The notes beneath the pieces were generated by a model. That model saw only the letters and a program-made list of their open reading frames with translations. It had not been told where the DNA came from and did not search any database. Positions 1 to 7,883 of a stretch of DNA of 15,268 nt are shown piece after piece. The DNA is from a bacterium (GTDB lineage: Bacteria > Hinthialibacterota > Hinthialibacteria > Hinthialibacterales > Hinthialibacteraceae): positions 1 to 15,268 of the forward strand of contig JBHGBC010000150.1 in the NCBI GenBank assembly GCA_041946805.1, read 5' to 3'. The position numbers were made by a program, and so were the translations under genes. The stretch's first letter is position 1. Every line of letters starts with the position of its first letter.

Positions 1-69
1 CCGGTATACGGCGCGGATGATCCGCAACGCGATTTCGCCCCGATTGGCGATCAGTATTTTTTTGAACAT
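1..69 (-). CDS. accC: Acetyl-CoA carboxylase biotin carboxylase subunit, N-terminal 23 codons only (runs off the window)
   Basis: Reverse complement reads MFKKILIANRGEIALRIIRAVYR, the canonical biotin carboxylase N-terminus; lies directly downstream of accB. Not in the ORF track. Confidence 0.95.
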   Translation of the reverse strand, partial: MFKKILIANRGEIALRIIRAVYR

Positions 70-173
70 CCTTGATACCCGGATTCTTTTCCTGTCTGGT
101 TGGATTGGGATTTCCTTCCGCGGGAGTACGTGCGCCCGTCAAGCGGCATTCCATATCCCGTAGGCGCGGCCGG

Positions 174-656
174 TCATTTTTTCTTGATCTTGAACAGCGG
201 TTGGCCGAATTCGATCGGCTGGCCGTTCTCTACCAGGATTTCCTGCACGGTTCCGGCGGTCCCGGCCTTGATTTCATTCATGACCTTCATCGCTTCCAGG
301 ATGCAGACCACGGTGTTGGATTGCACCACATCCCCCACCTGCACGAAGGGGGGAGCGTCGGGCGCGGGCGCGCGGTAGAACGTCCCCACCATGGGGGATT
401 TGATGATCTCCACCGATTCATCGGATTCCAGTGGTTTCACAGCGGGGGATTCTCCCGGGCCCGGCGGAGCGGGGCAGGGACCGGCGGGATAGGACGGATA
501 AAAGGCCGGCATGGCCGGGGCAAGTGAAGCGGCCGGCAGGGCCGAAGAGTGCTTTTTGACGACCAGCCGCAGCCCGTCCTTGGACTCGACTTCCAATTCG
601 CTGATATCGGCTTCTTCGACCAACCGCACTACACGCTCGATGAATTCATAATCCAT
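174..656 (-). CDS. accB: Acetyl-CoA carboxylase biotin carboxyl carrier protein
   Basis: SPMVGTFY and EAMKVMNEI biotinylation motif, Pro/Ala-rich linker, GQPLF C-terminus. Confidence 0.97.
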   Translation of the reverse strand: MDYEFIERVVRLVEEADISELEVESKDGLRLVVKKHSSALPAASLAPAMPAFYPSYPAGPCPAPPGPGESPAVKPLESDESVEIIKSPMVGTFYRAPAPDAPPFVQVGDVVQSNTVVCILEAMKVMNEIKAGTAGTVQEILVENGQPIEFGQPLFKIKKK

Positions 657-914
657 TCTCTACGCTCACTATTCCAGAGTGTACATCAGAAAAGCCCTCT
701 GCCGTGCACATCGATCCGCGCGCGGATGGGGACGGACGCGCGTCATCGCCGGGCGTATTGGTTCCAACCCATCATTTTTTCACCTATTGCGGAAAGATTC
801 AATGGACGGCGTTCCAGGGAGTGGAAGTTTTTTTGGTTTATCCGGTAAGTGCTTACATTTTTCCGGGAGCGTGACCGGAGATCGATTCGACGGGCCGAAG
901 AGAGCCACTCGAAA

Positions 915-950
915 TCCCCTCTCCCTCGGGGAGAGGGCCAGGGCGAGGGA
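915..950 (+). repeat. REP-like palindromic repeat, family A, copy 1 of 9
   Basis: tcccctctccctcggggagagggccagggcgaggga; hairpin CCCTCTCCC/GGGAGAGGG plus GGGYGAGGG tail. Confidence 0.9.
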
Positions 951-1128
951 AAGCCATTCCCGGCGCCGGGTGGACGAGGAATCGCCATTTTGACCAGCCT
1001 GCCTGTTCTTCCCGTATGAGTCCATGGGGATGTTCTCTCAATCCCCTGGCATCCGGGGCGTCTTGCGCCTCCCCGCCACCCGGAGTCCGGGAAGCGGACG
1101 CCCTCCGTTACGCTATTGCACGCCAATC

Positions 1129-1149
1129 GTACTTTATGATATAAAGTAC
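1129..1149. promoter_or_regulatory. Putative operator (perfect 9-3-9 palindrome)
   Basis: GTACTTTAT-GAT-ATAAAGTAC directly abuts the -35 box TTGACA; near-copy at 2415-2435. Confidence 0.85.
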
Positions 1150-1178
1150 TTGACAAGATTTATTCATGAGTCTATCCT
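1150..1178 (+). promoter_or_regulatory. Sigma70-type promoter, probably giving a leaderless mRNA
   Basis: TTGACA (1150-1155), 17-bp spacer, TATCCT (1173-1178); ATG at 1186 with no Shine-Dalgarno upstream. Confidence 0.75.
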
Positions 1179-1185
1179 CCCTGTC

Positions 1186-1803
1186 ATGGTTACGAAACAA
1201 CAACTCACATCCACCCGGTATAGCGATCCGCCGGCCCTGCACGTGCACGCCATGAACGATCTCCGGTTCATCCGGGAGACCATGGAGCGGGCCGCCTCGT
1301 TCACCGCCGTTCCCGGCTGGGGGATGGTGGCGATGGGAAGCACCGCGCTGCTCACTGCGTTGTTGGCATCCACTCGTTCCGATCCCTGGGAGTGGCTCAT
1401 CCTGTGGATCGGCGAGGCGGTGGCGGCCATCGTCATCGGTTCAGTCACCATGGGGCGCAAGGCCCGCTCCGCGCAGATCGCCTTGTTTTCCGGCCCGGGA
1501 TGGCGGTTCATCCTCAACCTGTGCGTTCCCATCCTGGCGGCCATGCCTCTCACGGCGGTGCTTTGCCTTCAAGGGCTGGTGGGGATCCTGCCAGGGCTAT
1601 GGCTGCTGCTGTACGGGGTGGGGGTTGTCACCGGCGGGGCTTTCGCGGTGCGGGTGATTCCCTTGATGGGTTTCTGTTTCATCGGGGCGGGAATCGCCGC
1701 GCTTTTTTCTCCCTTCGCGTGGGGGAACATTTTTCTCGCGCTCGGTTTCGGGGGATTTCACCTCGTGTTCGGCGCGATAGTCGCCTGGAGGCATGGTGGG
1801 TAA
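1186..1803 (+). CDS. Uncharacterised integral membrane protein (about 6 TM helices)
   Basis: Amphipathic N-terminal helix (AMNDLRFIRETMERA) followed by repeated hydrophobic segments ending FGGFHLVFGAIVAW. Start moved from 1024 to 1186 because the longer ORF runs through the promoter and operator. Confidence 0.85.
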   Translation: MVTKQQLTSTRYSDPPALHVHAMNDLRFIRETMERAASFTAVPGWGMVAMGSTALLTALLASTRSDPWEWLILWIGEAVAAIVIGSVTMGRKARSAQIALFSGPGWRFILNLCVPILAAMPLTAVLCLQGLVGILPGLWLLLYGVGVVTGGAFAVRVIPLMGFCFIGAGIAALFSPFAWGNIFLALGFGGFHLVFGAIVAWRHGG

Positions 1804-2200
1804 GTCAAATACGCTCAAAAAGGAAGCCAAGGAGCGCCTCGAGCCCCAGCCGGTGGAAGCCCGGGTGCTCCGGGTGGTCCATAACATGGTGTCGAAATCC
1901 AATGCTTCCGCTTTGGACCGGTTGATTCATGAACGCGTGCGCCTGGGGATTATCAGCGTGCTGGCCGTCAATGAGTCGTTGACGTTCAATGAACTGAAGA
2001 AATATCTGAAGACCAGCGATGGGAACCTGAGCGTCCACGCCCGGAAACTCGAGGAAGCCAAATATATAGTCTGCGCCAAGTCGTTCGACGGACGGGTGCC
2101 CAAGACCGAATACCGCATCACCGCCGAAGGCCGCCAGGCGCTGGAGCGTTATTTGTCGCACATGGAAGCCCTCATCCAGGCCATGCGGCAGAAGGAGTGA
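1793..2200 (+). CDS. Winged-helix transcriptional regulator (HTH_34 type, MarR/ArsR-like)
   Basis: LDRLIHERVRLGIISVL...TFNELK...SDGNLSVHARKLEEAKYI...KSFDGRVPKTEYRITAEGRQAL. Overlaps the upstream stop codon; GGAGG at 1787-1791 suggests GTG 1796 as an alternative start. Confidence 0.92.
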   Translation: MVGKSNTLKKEAKERLEPQPVEARVLRVVHNMVSKSNASALDRLIHERVRLGIISVLAVNESLTFNELKKYLKTSDGNLSVHARKLEEAKYIVCAKSFDGRVPKTEYRITAEGRQALERYLSHMEALIQAMRQKE

Positions 2201-2207
2201 GAACAAA

Positions 2208-2358
2208 GGTAACCACTTACCGGTTTGCAGTACAGTTTTGAGCGCCAACGGCGCGGCATGTGTATAGCCCAGGGCGTGAGCCCTGGGAGGAATAAAACAA
2301 AAGTAATCAATTCCCTCTCCCTCTGGGAGAGGGCTAGGGTGAGGGAAGCCTTAAAAGG
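2208..2358 (+). repeat. Composite repeat element (GGTAAC..TTACCGGTTTGCAG module + family B + family A copy 2)
   Basis: Colinear with 3353-3501 and 15095-15220. Family B hairpin CCCAGGGCGTGAGCCCTGGG at 2268-2287; family A at 2312-2346. Confidence 0.88.
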
Positions 2359-2414
2359 ATGAGGCATATCGAATCGGTTCAATCGCATAGACATCTGCTA
2401 TTTTTTTTCAGGAG

Positions 2415-2435
2415 TAACTTTATGATACAAAGTAC
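2415..2435. promoter_or_regulatory. Second copy of the putative operator, overlapping the uppS start codon
   Basis: TAACTTTATGATACAAAGTAC matches 1129-1149 at 18 of 21 positions; contains ATG 2422. Confidence 0.8.
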
Positions 2436-3153
2436 TTTCCCACAATTGAATGCCTTGCACGCCGCCATTATCATGGACGGCAACGGACGCTGGGCCACCC
2501 GGCGGGGGCTTCCCCGCATCGAGGGCCACAAGGAAGGCTCCAAGGCCGTGCGGCGCACGGTTGAGGCCGCGCCGGATCTGGGCATCACCACCCTGACCGT
2601 CTATGCCTTCTCCTCCGACAACTGGAAACGGCCCTTCGATGAAGTCCAACAGCTCATGGCCTTGCTCTATGACTATCTGCGCAACGAGAGGGAACACTGC
2701 GCCGCCCATGGCATCCGTTTGAGCGTCATCGGCCGCCGCGACCGCCTCACGCCCATGATGCGCACCGCCATCCGGGCGGCGGAAACCGCCACCGCGCGGG
2801 GGACTACCCTGCATTTCCGTATCGCCATCGACTATTCCGCCCGCGATTCCATCCTGCGCGCCGCCTCCCGGTGGAACGGCCAGACCGCCATGACCCGGGA
2901 CGCGTTCTTGAACACGCTGGCGGATCTCCATCATCCGGGCGTTCCCTTGCCGGAAGTCGATCTGCTGATCCGCACGGGCGGCGAGAAGCGCTTGAGCGAC
3001 TTTCTGCTTTGGGAAAGCGCGTATGCCGAACTGTATTTCACCGATTGCATGTGGCCTGATTTCGGCGCGGAGGATTTGCACGCCGCGGTGGAGGAATTTC
3101 ATCGCCGGACCCGGCGTTTCGGCGCGGTTCCCCTGCCAGCCACGGGATCCTGA
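2422..3153 (+). CDS. uppS: Cis-prenyltransferase (undecaprenyl diphosphate synthase family), divergent paralogue
   Basis: [47 protein letters not shown]-terminal RRFG; AGGAG at 2410-2414 supports ATG 2422. Confidence 0.93.
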   Translation: MIQSTFPQLNALHAAIIMDGNGRWATRRGLPRIEGHKEGSKAVRRTVEAAPDLGITTLTVYAFSSDNWKRPFDEVQQLMALLYDYLRNEREHCAAHGIRLSVIGRRDRLTPMMRTAIRAAETATARGTTLHFRIAIDYSARDSILRAASRWNGQTAMTRDAFLNTLADLHHPGVPLPEVDLLIRTGGEKRLSDFLLWESAYAELYFTDCMWPDFGAEDLHAAVEEFHRRTRRFGAVPLPATGS

Positions 3154-3300
3154 AAATGGATAGGGTAGGAAGGGAGGTGGTGGAAATCAGTTATATATCA
3201 AATCCCCTCTAACTTCCCCCGATCTTCGGGGAAGAAACAAAGGACGTCAAGAACACAAGGGACGGGAAAGAATGAGCAAGAAAGGATGCCTGTATCTAAA

Positions 3301-3336
3301 TTCCCTCGCCCCGGCCCTCTCCCGGCGGGAGAAGGA
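3301..3336 (-). repeat. Family A repeat, copy 3 (inverted)
   Basis: ttccctcgccccggccctctcccggcgggagaagga is the reverse complement of the family A consensus. Confidence 0.85.
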
Positions 3337-3352
3337 GCGGAAAAGAAAGATC

Positions 3353-3501
3353 GTAACTGTTTACCGGTTTGCAGTGCTGCTTTTCAGCACCAACGGCGCG
3401 GCATGTGCCCAGGGCGTGAGCCCTGGGAAAAAGATGACAAAAGGATTGTTTCCCTCCCCCTCCGGAAGAGGGCTGGGGTGAGGGAAGCCCTGAAAGGGTG
3501 G
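3353..3501 (+). repeat. Composite repeat element (includes family B and family A copy 4)
   Basis: gtaactgtttaccggtttgcag...caacggcgcggcatgtgcccagggcgtgagccctggg...family A at 3451-3485...agccctgaaaggg. Confidence 0.88.
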
Positions 3502-3561
3502 AATTCATCTTTCTCTCGGCATGCGAGGAGTAATTACAAATAGCAAAGGAGATTGTATATC

Positions 3562-3939
3562 ATGATGAAACGAATCCACATTATCACTGGTTGTCTTGCT
3601 TTCTCGCTGGGATTGGGCGTTTTCATCACCGGATGCCATCACGCCGCATCCGAACCCAACGTCAAAATCGTGGGTGTCGTGACCGATCAGGAGACCGGCC
3701 AGCCCATCGCCGGCGCCCGCGTCGCGGATCACGTCTACAACAGTTCCCCCAGCAAGCCCTGCCAGGAAGCCTGGACCGGGCCGGACGGGAAATTCGCTCT
3801 CGCGACCTGGTACGAGGAACACAGCCTCGTCGCTTCCGCCCCCGGCTATCCACCCGTGATTCACACCCTGCAGACCAAGAATTTCGGTACAGAACCGCAG
3901 GTGGAGATGAATATCTCCCTCAAGAAACAAACTCCGTGA
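3562..3939 (+). CDS. Small lipoprotein with a carboxypeptidase-regulatory-like (prealbumin-like) beta-sandwich
   Basis: MMKR + hydrophobic stretch + lipobox ITG-C; GVVTDQETGQPIAGARV...TGPDGKF...LVASAPGY pattern; AAGGAG at 3546-3551. Confidence 0.82.
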   Translation: MMKRIHIITGCLAFSLGLGVFITGCHHAASEPNVKIVGVVTDQETGQPIAGARVADHVYNSSPSKPCQEAWTGPDGKFALATWYEEHSLVASAPGYPPVIHTLQTKNFGTEPQVEMNISLKKQTP

Positions 3940-3963
3940 AGACATTCACCATTCCCGCCAAGA

Positions 3964-3990
3964 GTAGGGGCATGTTGTACATGCCCCTAC
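3964..3990. repeat. GTAG-type REP palindrome, family C, copy 1
   Basis: GTAGGGGCATGT-TGT-ACATGCCCCTAC, perfect 12-bp arms. Confidence 0.85.
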
Positions 3991-4030
3991 GAGGAATCAC
4001 AATGACCATGCTTAAAACCGATAATCTATT

Positions 4031-4065
4031 TCCCTCTCCCTCTGGGAGAGGGCCAGGGTGAGGGA
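4031..4065 (+). repeat. Family A repeat, copy 5
   Basis: tccctctccctctgggagagggccagggtgaggga. Confidence 0.9.
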
Positions 4066-4108
4066 AATGATGTCGAAAACGATTTGGCAAAATGACAATG
4101 GGAAAAAG

Positions 4109-4136
4109 GCAGGGGCACGTGGCCACGTGTCCCTAC
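4109..4136. repeat. GTAG-type REP palindrome, family C, copy 2
   Basis: gcaggggcacgtggccacgtgtccctac, 27/28 identical to 9099-9126. Confidence 0.88.
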
Positions 4137-4173
4137 GATAGAGATGGTCTTTCACGAATGGAAGGTTTTTTTC

Positions 4174-5121
4174 TTATCCCTTCCCGAACACCACCTTCTC
4201 GATGGCCGCCTTGGTCAGCATGACCGCCTTCCAGTCGTTGGCCTTGATTTCGTCCGCGTTGTTCCCTTTCGCCCGCAGGCTCGATTCGATTCCCCAGAAT
4301 CCGGAATAGCCCGCGTCCAGCGAGATCTTCAACAAGCGTTCCAGGTCGTAGCCGGGAATCGTTCCCTCCGGGGTCCACGAGGCTTTCACGGAGACTCCCT
4401 TGGCGTAGGGCATGGCCATTTTCACGGCTTCATACACATCGATCCCGCCCGTCACGCCGTAGTTGCCGTAATCGGGCAGGATGCCGAAATGGGGGCTGTC
4501 GATTTTTTTCATCAATTCCGGCAGAAAGTGGGGATCCGACGACAAGCCGCCGTGGTTTTCGATCACCACGTTGATTTGAGCCTCTTTCGCGTAATCGAGC
4601 AACGCGCCGAAGGATTCCGCCGCCCGCTCCAGAGCGTCCGGATCTTCCTTCAGCGTCTTGCCGCCCCCATGCGCGTTGCAGCGGATGGCGTGACAGCCGA
4701 GATAGGCCGCGATATCCACCCACTTGCGGTGGTTGATCACCGCCTGTTTGCGTACCTGAGGATCCTTGTCCACCAGGTTGCCTTCGAGGTCGACCATGAT
4801 CAGTACATTCTTGACACCAAATACCTCCGCCGCCTTGTTGAGATGGTTCAGGTAGTTTTCGGTAGGCACTTCGAAGAACTGGTTCACATACTCGATGCCA
4901 TCGATCCCGAAGTCCTCCCGGCAGACGCGGGCGATGTCCTTGAGCTTCCACACGCCCGCGTAGAAACTGTTGACGATCGACCAAGTGGCCAGCGAGATGG
5001 CGTTCTTTTCCGGCCGGGGATAGGCGGCCGCGGTCCGGGATAGGATACTGGGCGCGGCGCTCAGGGCCAGCGCGCCGGATAATGTGGTCTGAAGGAAACC
5101 TCTGCGGTTTGGGTTCGGCAT
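4174..5121 (-). CDS. Sugar phosphate isomerase/epimerase family (xylose-isomerase-like TIM barrel), Tat signal
   Basis: NRRGFLQ twin-arginine motif; GIDGIEYV, LGCHAIRCN, VIENHGGLSS, LPDYGNY, GYSGFWGIE; AGGAGG upstream. Confidence 0.9.
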   Translation of the reverse strand: MPNPNRRGFLQTTLSGALALSAAPSILSRTAAAYPRPEKNAISLATWSIVNSFYAGVWKLKDIARVCREDFGIDGIEYVNQFFEVPTENYLNHLNKAAEVFGVKNVLIMVDLEGNLVDKDPQVRKQAVINHRKWVDIAAYLGCHAIRCNAHGGGKTLKEDPDALERAAESFGALLDYAKEAQINVVIENHGGLSSDPHFLPELMKKIDSPHFGILPDYGNYGVTGGIDVYEAVKMAMPYAKGVSVKASWTPEGTIPGYDLERLLKISLDAGYSGFWGIESSLRAKGNNADEIKANDWKAVMLTKAAIEKVVFGKG

Positions 5122-5282
5122 TTCCGGCTAACCTCCTGCTTTCTGTTCGTGGATTCGCCCGAATAAGGACGGTTTTATAGTATCGCACAAGAGAATCTAA
5201 AAATCATCCGGGGATGCCGATTCAATGCGTCAGGATGCTGGAGTGGATGTTCGGTGATGAATTTTCTGGGGGGTGCATCCCG

Positions 5283-5428
5283 CCCAGGGTTGAAGCCCTG
5301 GGCTAATTTAAAAGGATTGCATCCATTTACTTGATTGATGAGAAAGGATGCCTTTCGCCCATTCAGGGCTTGCCCTCACCCAGCCCTCTCCCCGAGGGAG
5401 AGGGAGGAGAAAAGCACGCTTACCGGTT
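5283..5428 (-). repeat. Rearranged composite repeat (family B hairpin, AGCCCTGAA hairpin, family A copy 6)
   Basis: cccagggttgaagccctgggct at 5283-5304, cgcccattcagggct at 5356-5370, inverted family A at 5373-5405, ttaccggtt at 5420-5428. Confidence 0.8.
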
Positions 5429-5433
5429 GAATC

Positions 5434-6402
5434 CTAGTGATTTCCATCGTGATGTAAATCATGATCGCTCATGACAATCCGGGTGGAAGGAGTGGCCGCA
5501 GTCCCCAGATGCCGTTGCGCCATCAGCAGCAAAACCGCCCCAGCCAAGAGTCCCGCGCCGGCGATCCATTGCCCCACCGTGAACCGTTCGCTGAACAGGA
5601 AATACGATCCGGCCGTCGTGAAGAAGGGCACTGCCAGCTGGCAGCCGCTGCTGATCGAGGCCCCCAAGTACTCCAGCGAATAGTAAAACGTCACGTGCGC
5701 GAAGGCGATCCCGATCAGCGAGGACAACGCCAGCAGCGTCAACCCTCCGAAACCCATGTCCAGCAAATCGGATGGCTTCCCCCATAAAAACATGAATACC
5801 AGCAGTCCGGCGGTGGTATACACGCAGATCACCGCGAACGAGTGCCATGGCTGGATTCCCCGCATGTAATGGCGCACGGCCACGCCGTAAAAGGCCACGA
5901 AGACCGAGTGGCCCAGCACGATCCCCAGGCCGGTCCACGACGCCTGGGTGAACGCCGCTTCCTGCATCGCGTACATGCCCAGAAATCCCGCGGTCAGCAG
6001 CGCCAGGCCCCACCAGAAATACGACGACCGGACCAGCCGCCGCTCGTCGGCGAACAATGCGAACGAGGCCAAAATGGTGAATACCAGCGAGATCCGGGTC
6101 AGGAACATCACCAAGCCCGGTTCCATGTAATACACCGTCCAGGCCAGGAAGGTTTGCGCCAGGATATTCACCAGCGAGGGCGTTACCGCCAGCCATAGGA
6201 CCTTCCGTCCGACCTGGCCTTCGCGGATATACCGGAGCAGGGGAATGGTCCAGATCAACGCCGCGAAGCCATATCGCGCTCCATTGGCCACCCAGCCGTC
6301 GATGTCATCGGTAAACGACCGCAGGAAGAGGGGAACGGCCGCCCAGAGCAGAACCGATGAAGTCAATGCCAGCGAGGCTTTGATGTGGATCGTTTTCGGC
6401 AT
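5434..6402 (-). CDS. DMT/EamA family transporter
   Basis: 322 aa, about 10 hydrophobic segments in two repeats; VLLWA, RY, FADERR, LFSERFTVGQWIAG signatures. Confidence 0.9.
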   Translation of the reverse strand: MPKTIHIKASLALTSSVLLWAAVPLFLRSFTDDIDGWVANGARYGFAALIWTIPLLRYIREGQVGRKVLWLAVTPSLVNILAQTFLAWTVYYMEPGLVMFLTRISLVFTILASFALFADERRLVRSSYFWWGLALLTAGFLGMYAMQEAAFTQASWTGLGIVLGHSVFVAFYGVAVRHYMRGIQPWHSFAVICVYTTAGLLVFMFLWGKPSDLLDMGFGGLTLLALSSLIGIAFAHVTFYYSLEYLGASISSGCQLAVPFFTTAGSYFLFSERFTVGQWIAGAGLLAGAVLLLMAQRHLGTAATPSTRIVMSDHDLHHDGNH

Positions 6403-6481
6403 GCAAGTTTTTTGGATGCGATGTCAGATCCAAACGCGGATGAAAGGTGAGCCGGACGAATTAGGGCTATCTATTCTCAAT

Positions 6482-6517
6482 TTCCCTCACCCTGATCCTC
6501 TCCCAGAGGGAGAGGGG
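6482..6517 (-). repeat. Family A repeat, copy 7 (inverted)
   Basis: ttccctcaccctgatcctctcccagagggagagggg. Confidence 0.9.
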
Positions 6518-6630
6518 ATTCGTAATAATTGCCTGAGTATTTATAGGTTAACATCAATACTTAGAGAAAGGAATGCAAGATTGCCTGAACAAAGCGAAAT
6601 CCTTGAAATCGTTATCTTTCACACCTTCGG

Positions 6631-7674
6631 CTATTCTTTATCCGGATCATCGGAATCCTCCTCCAGTTGGAAGAGCGCCCGGGTGAAGGCGTCCGGATCG
6701 AAAGGCTCCAAATCCTCGATACTCTCGCCTACGCCGATGAACTTCACCGGCAGGTTCAATTCCTTGTGCACCGAGAGCACTACTCCGCCGCGCGCGGTCC
6801 CGTCCAGTTTGGTCAATATCAATCCGGTGACGCCGCAGGATTCCAAAAACGTGCGCGCCTGCGAGAGAGCGTTCTGTCCGGTCGAAGCGTCCAGCACCAG
6901 TAAATTTTCCTGCGGCGCGCCCTCGAATTCACGGCTGATCACCCGGGTCATCTTAGCCAGTTCCTGCATCAGGTTGACCTTGGTATGCAAGCGGCCGGCG
7001 GTGTCGATGATCACCACATCGGGATTCTGGGCCTTGGCCGTGTTCATGGCGTTGAATACCACCGACGAGGGATCGGCGCCCTCGTCACCCGCGACAATGG
7101 GCACGCCGGCGCGTTCCGCCCAGATTTTCAACTGGTCGATGGCCGCCGCCCGGAAAGTATCCGCCGCGACCAGCAGCACGCTTTTGCCTTGTTCCTTGAG
7201 GCGGTAGGCCAGTTTCCCGATGGCCGTCGTTTTCCCCACGCCGTTGACCCCGATCACCAAATAGATGCTGGGGCCTTCGGCGGCGGTTTTCAGTTCCCGT
7301 TCCCCTTGTTCGAGCATCTCCCGCATCAAGCCGCGCAGGGTGTTGGTCAGCCAGGCCTGGTCGGTGGAATTGGCCTTCTTTTCCATGCGGATGCGGTCGC
7401 GCAGTTCGTCGATAAGGGCCGTGGTGCTGGCCACCCCCACGTCGGCGGAAATCAGCACCTCTTCCAGTTCTTCCAGCAGTTCGTTGTCGATCTTCCCGCG
7501 CAGGCGGAACAGATTCAGCGCTTTTTGGGCGATTGACTCGCGCGTCGCCCGCAGCCGTTCGCGCAGTTTGGCGAACAAACCCTTGGGGCGGGATTCGTCC
7601 GGGGCGGAGAATCCACCAGCGGATCTTTCCCCCGATGGCGATGGGATGTTTTCCGTTTTTTTCTTCCAAAACAT
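6631..7674 (-). CDS. ftsY: Signal recognition particle receptor FtsY (short N-terminal A domain)
   Basis: GVNGVGKTT, AADTFRAAAIDQL, DTAGRLH, TGQN, TKLDGTARGG, GVGE..EDL..FD; start placed at MFWKKK with GAGGT upstream. Confidence 0.97.
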   Translation of the reverse strand: MFWKKKTENIPSPSGERSAGGFSAPDESRPKGLFAKLRERLRATRESIAQKALNLFRLRGKIDNELLEELEEVLISADVGVASTTALIDELRDRIRMEKKANSTDQAWLTNTLRGLMREMLEQGERELKTAAEGPSIYLVIGVNGVGKTTAIGKLAYRLKEQGKSVLLVAADTFRAAAIDQLKIWAERAGVPIVAGDEGADPSSVVFNAMNTAKAQNPDVVIIDTAGRLHTKVNLMQELAKMTRVISREFEGAPQENLLVLDASTGQNALSQARTFLESCGVTGLILTKLDGTARGGVVLSVHKELNLPVKFIGVGESIEDLEPFDPDAFTRALFQLEEDSDDPDKE

Positions 7675-7883
7675 GTGTGATGTGACCTCGTATCGCGTTC
7701 CCGGTCCGGGGGAATGAGCGGAACTTGATCCTGGAGTATTTCTATAGGATAGCGGTTGCACCCCATCGGGAAAGCCGCCCGGAAGGCCGGAATAGGCGGA
7801 GGGGGATTTTGGGTGTAAGCTACAGCCGGTATTCAGCGGGAGGCCGGAGCAGTGATTCAACAATCCGGGATCGGGGACATGTC

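Noticed and set aside
679..1156. Short ORFs in the accB upstream region, and similar ones at 3272-3543, 3920-4126 and 6245-7207
   Set aside because: Translations of repeats (PSPSGRG, PHPGPLPEGEG) or antisense shadows of real genes; no recognisable domain.
1024..1185. N-terminal extension of the membrane protein; likewise 2359-2421 (uppS), 7675-7863 (ftsY) and 7725-7883 (MNT)
   Set aside because: The extensions run through promoter, operator or intergenic DNA; downstream starts fit the RBS or promoter and family length better.
7624..7647. FtsY N-terminal IPSPSGER as an in-frame family A repeat
   Set aside because: The peptide resembles the repeat translation, but the codons (CCA TCG CCA TCG GGG GAA) do not match CCCTCTCCCTCTGGGAGA and there is no hairpin.
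7775..7800. SRP RNA next to ftsY
   Set aside because: CCGGAAGG is present, but the flanking CAGG and AGCAG elements of SRP domain IV are absent.
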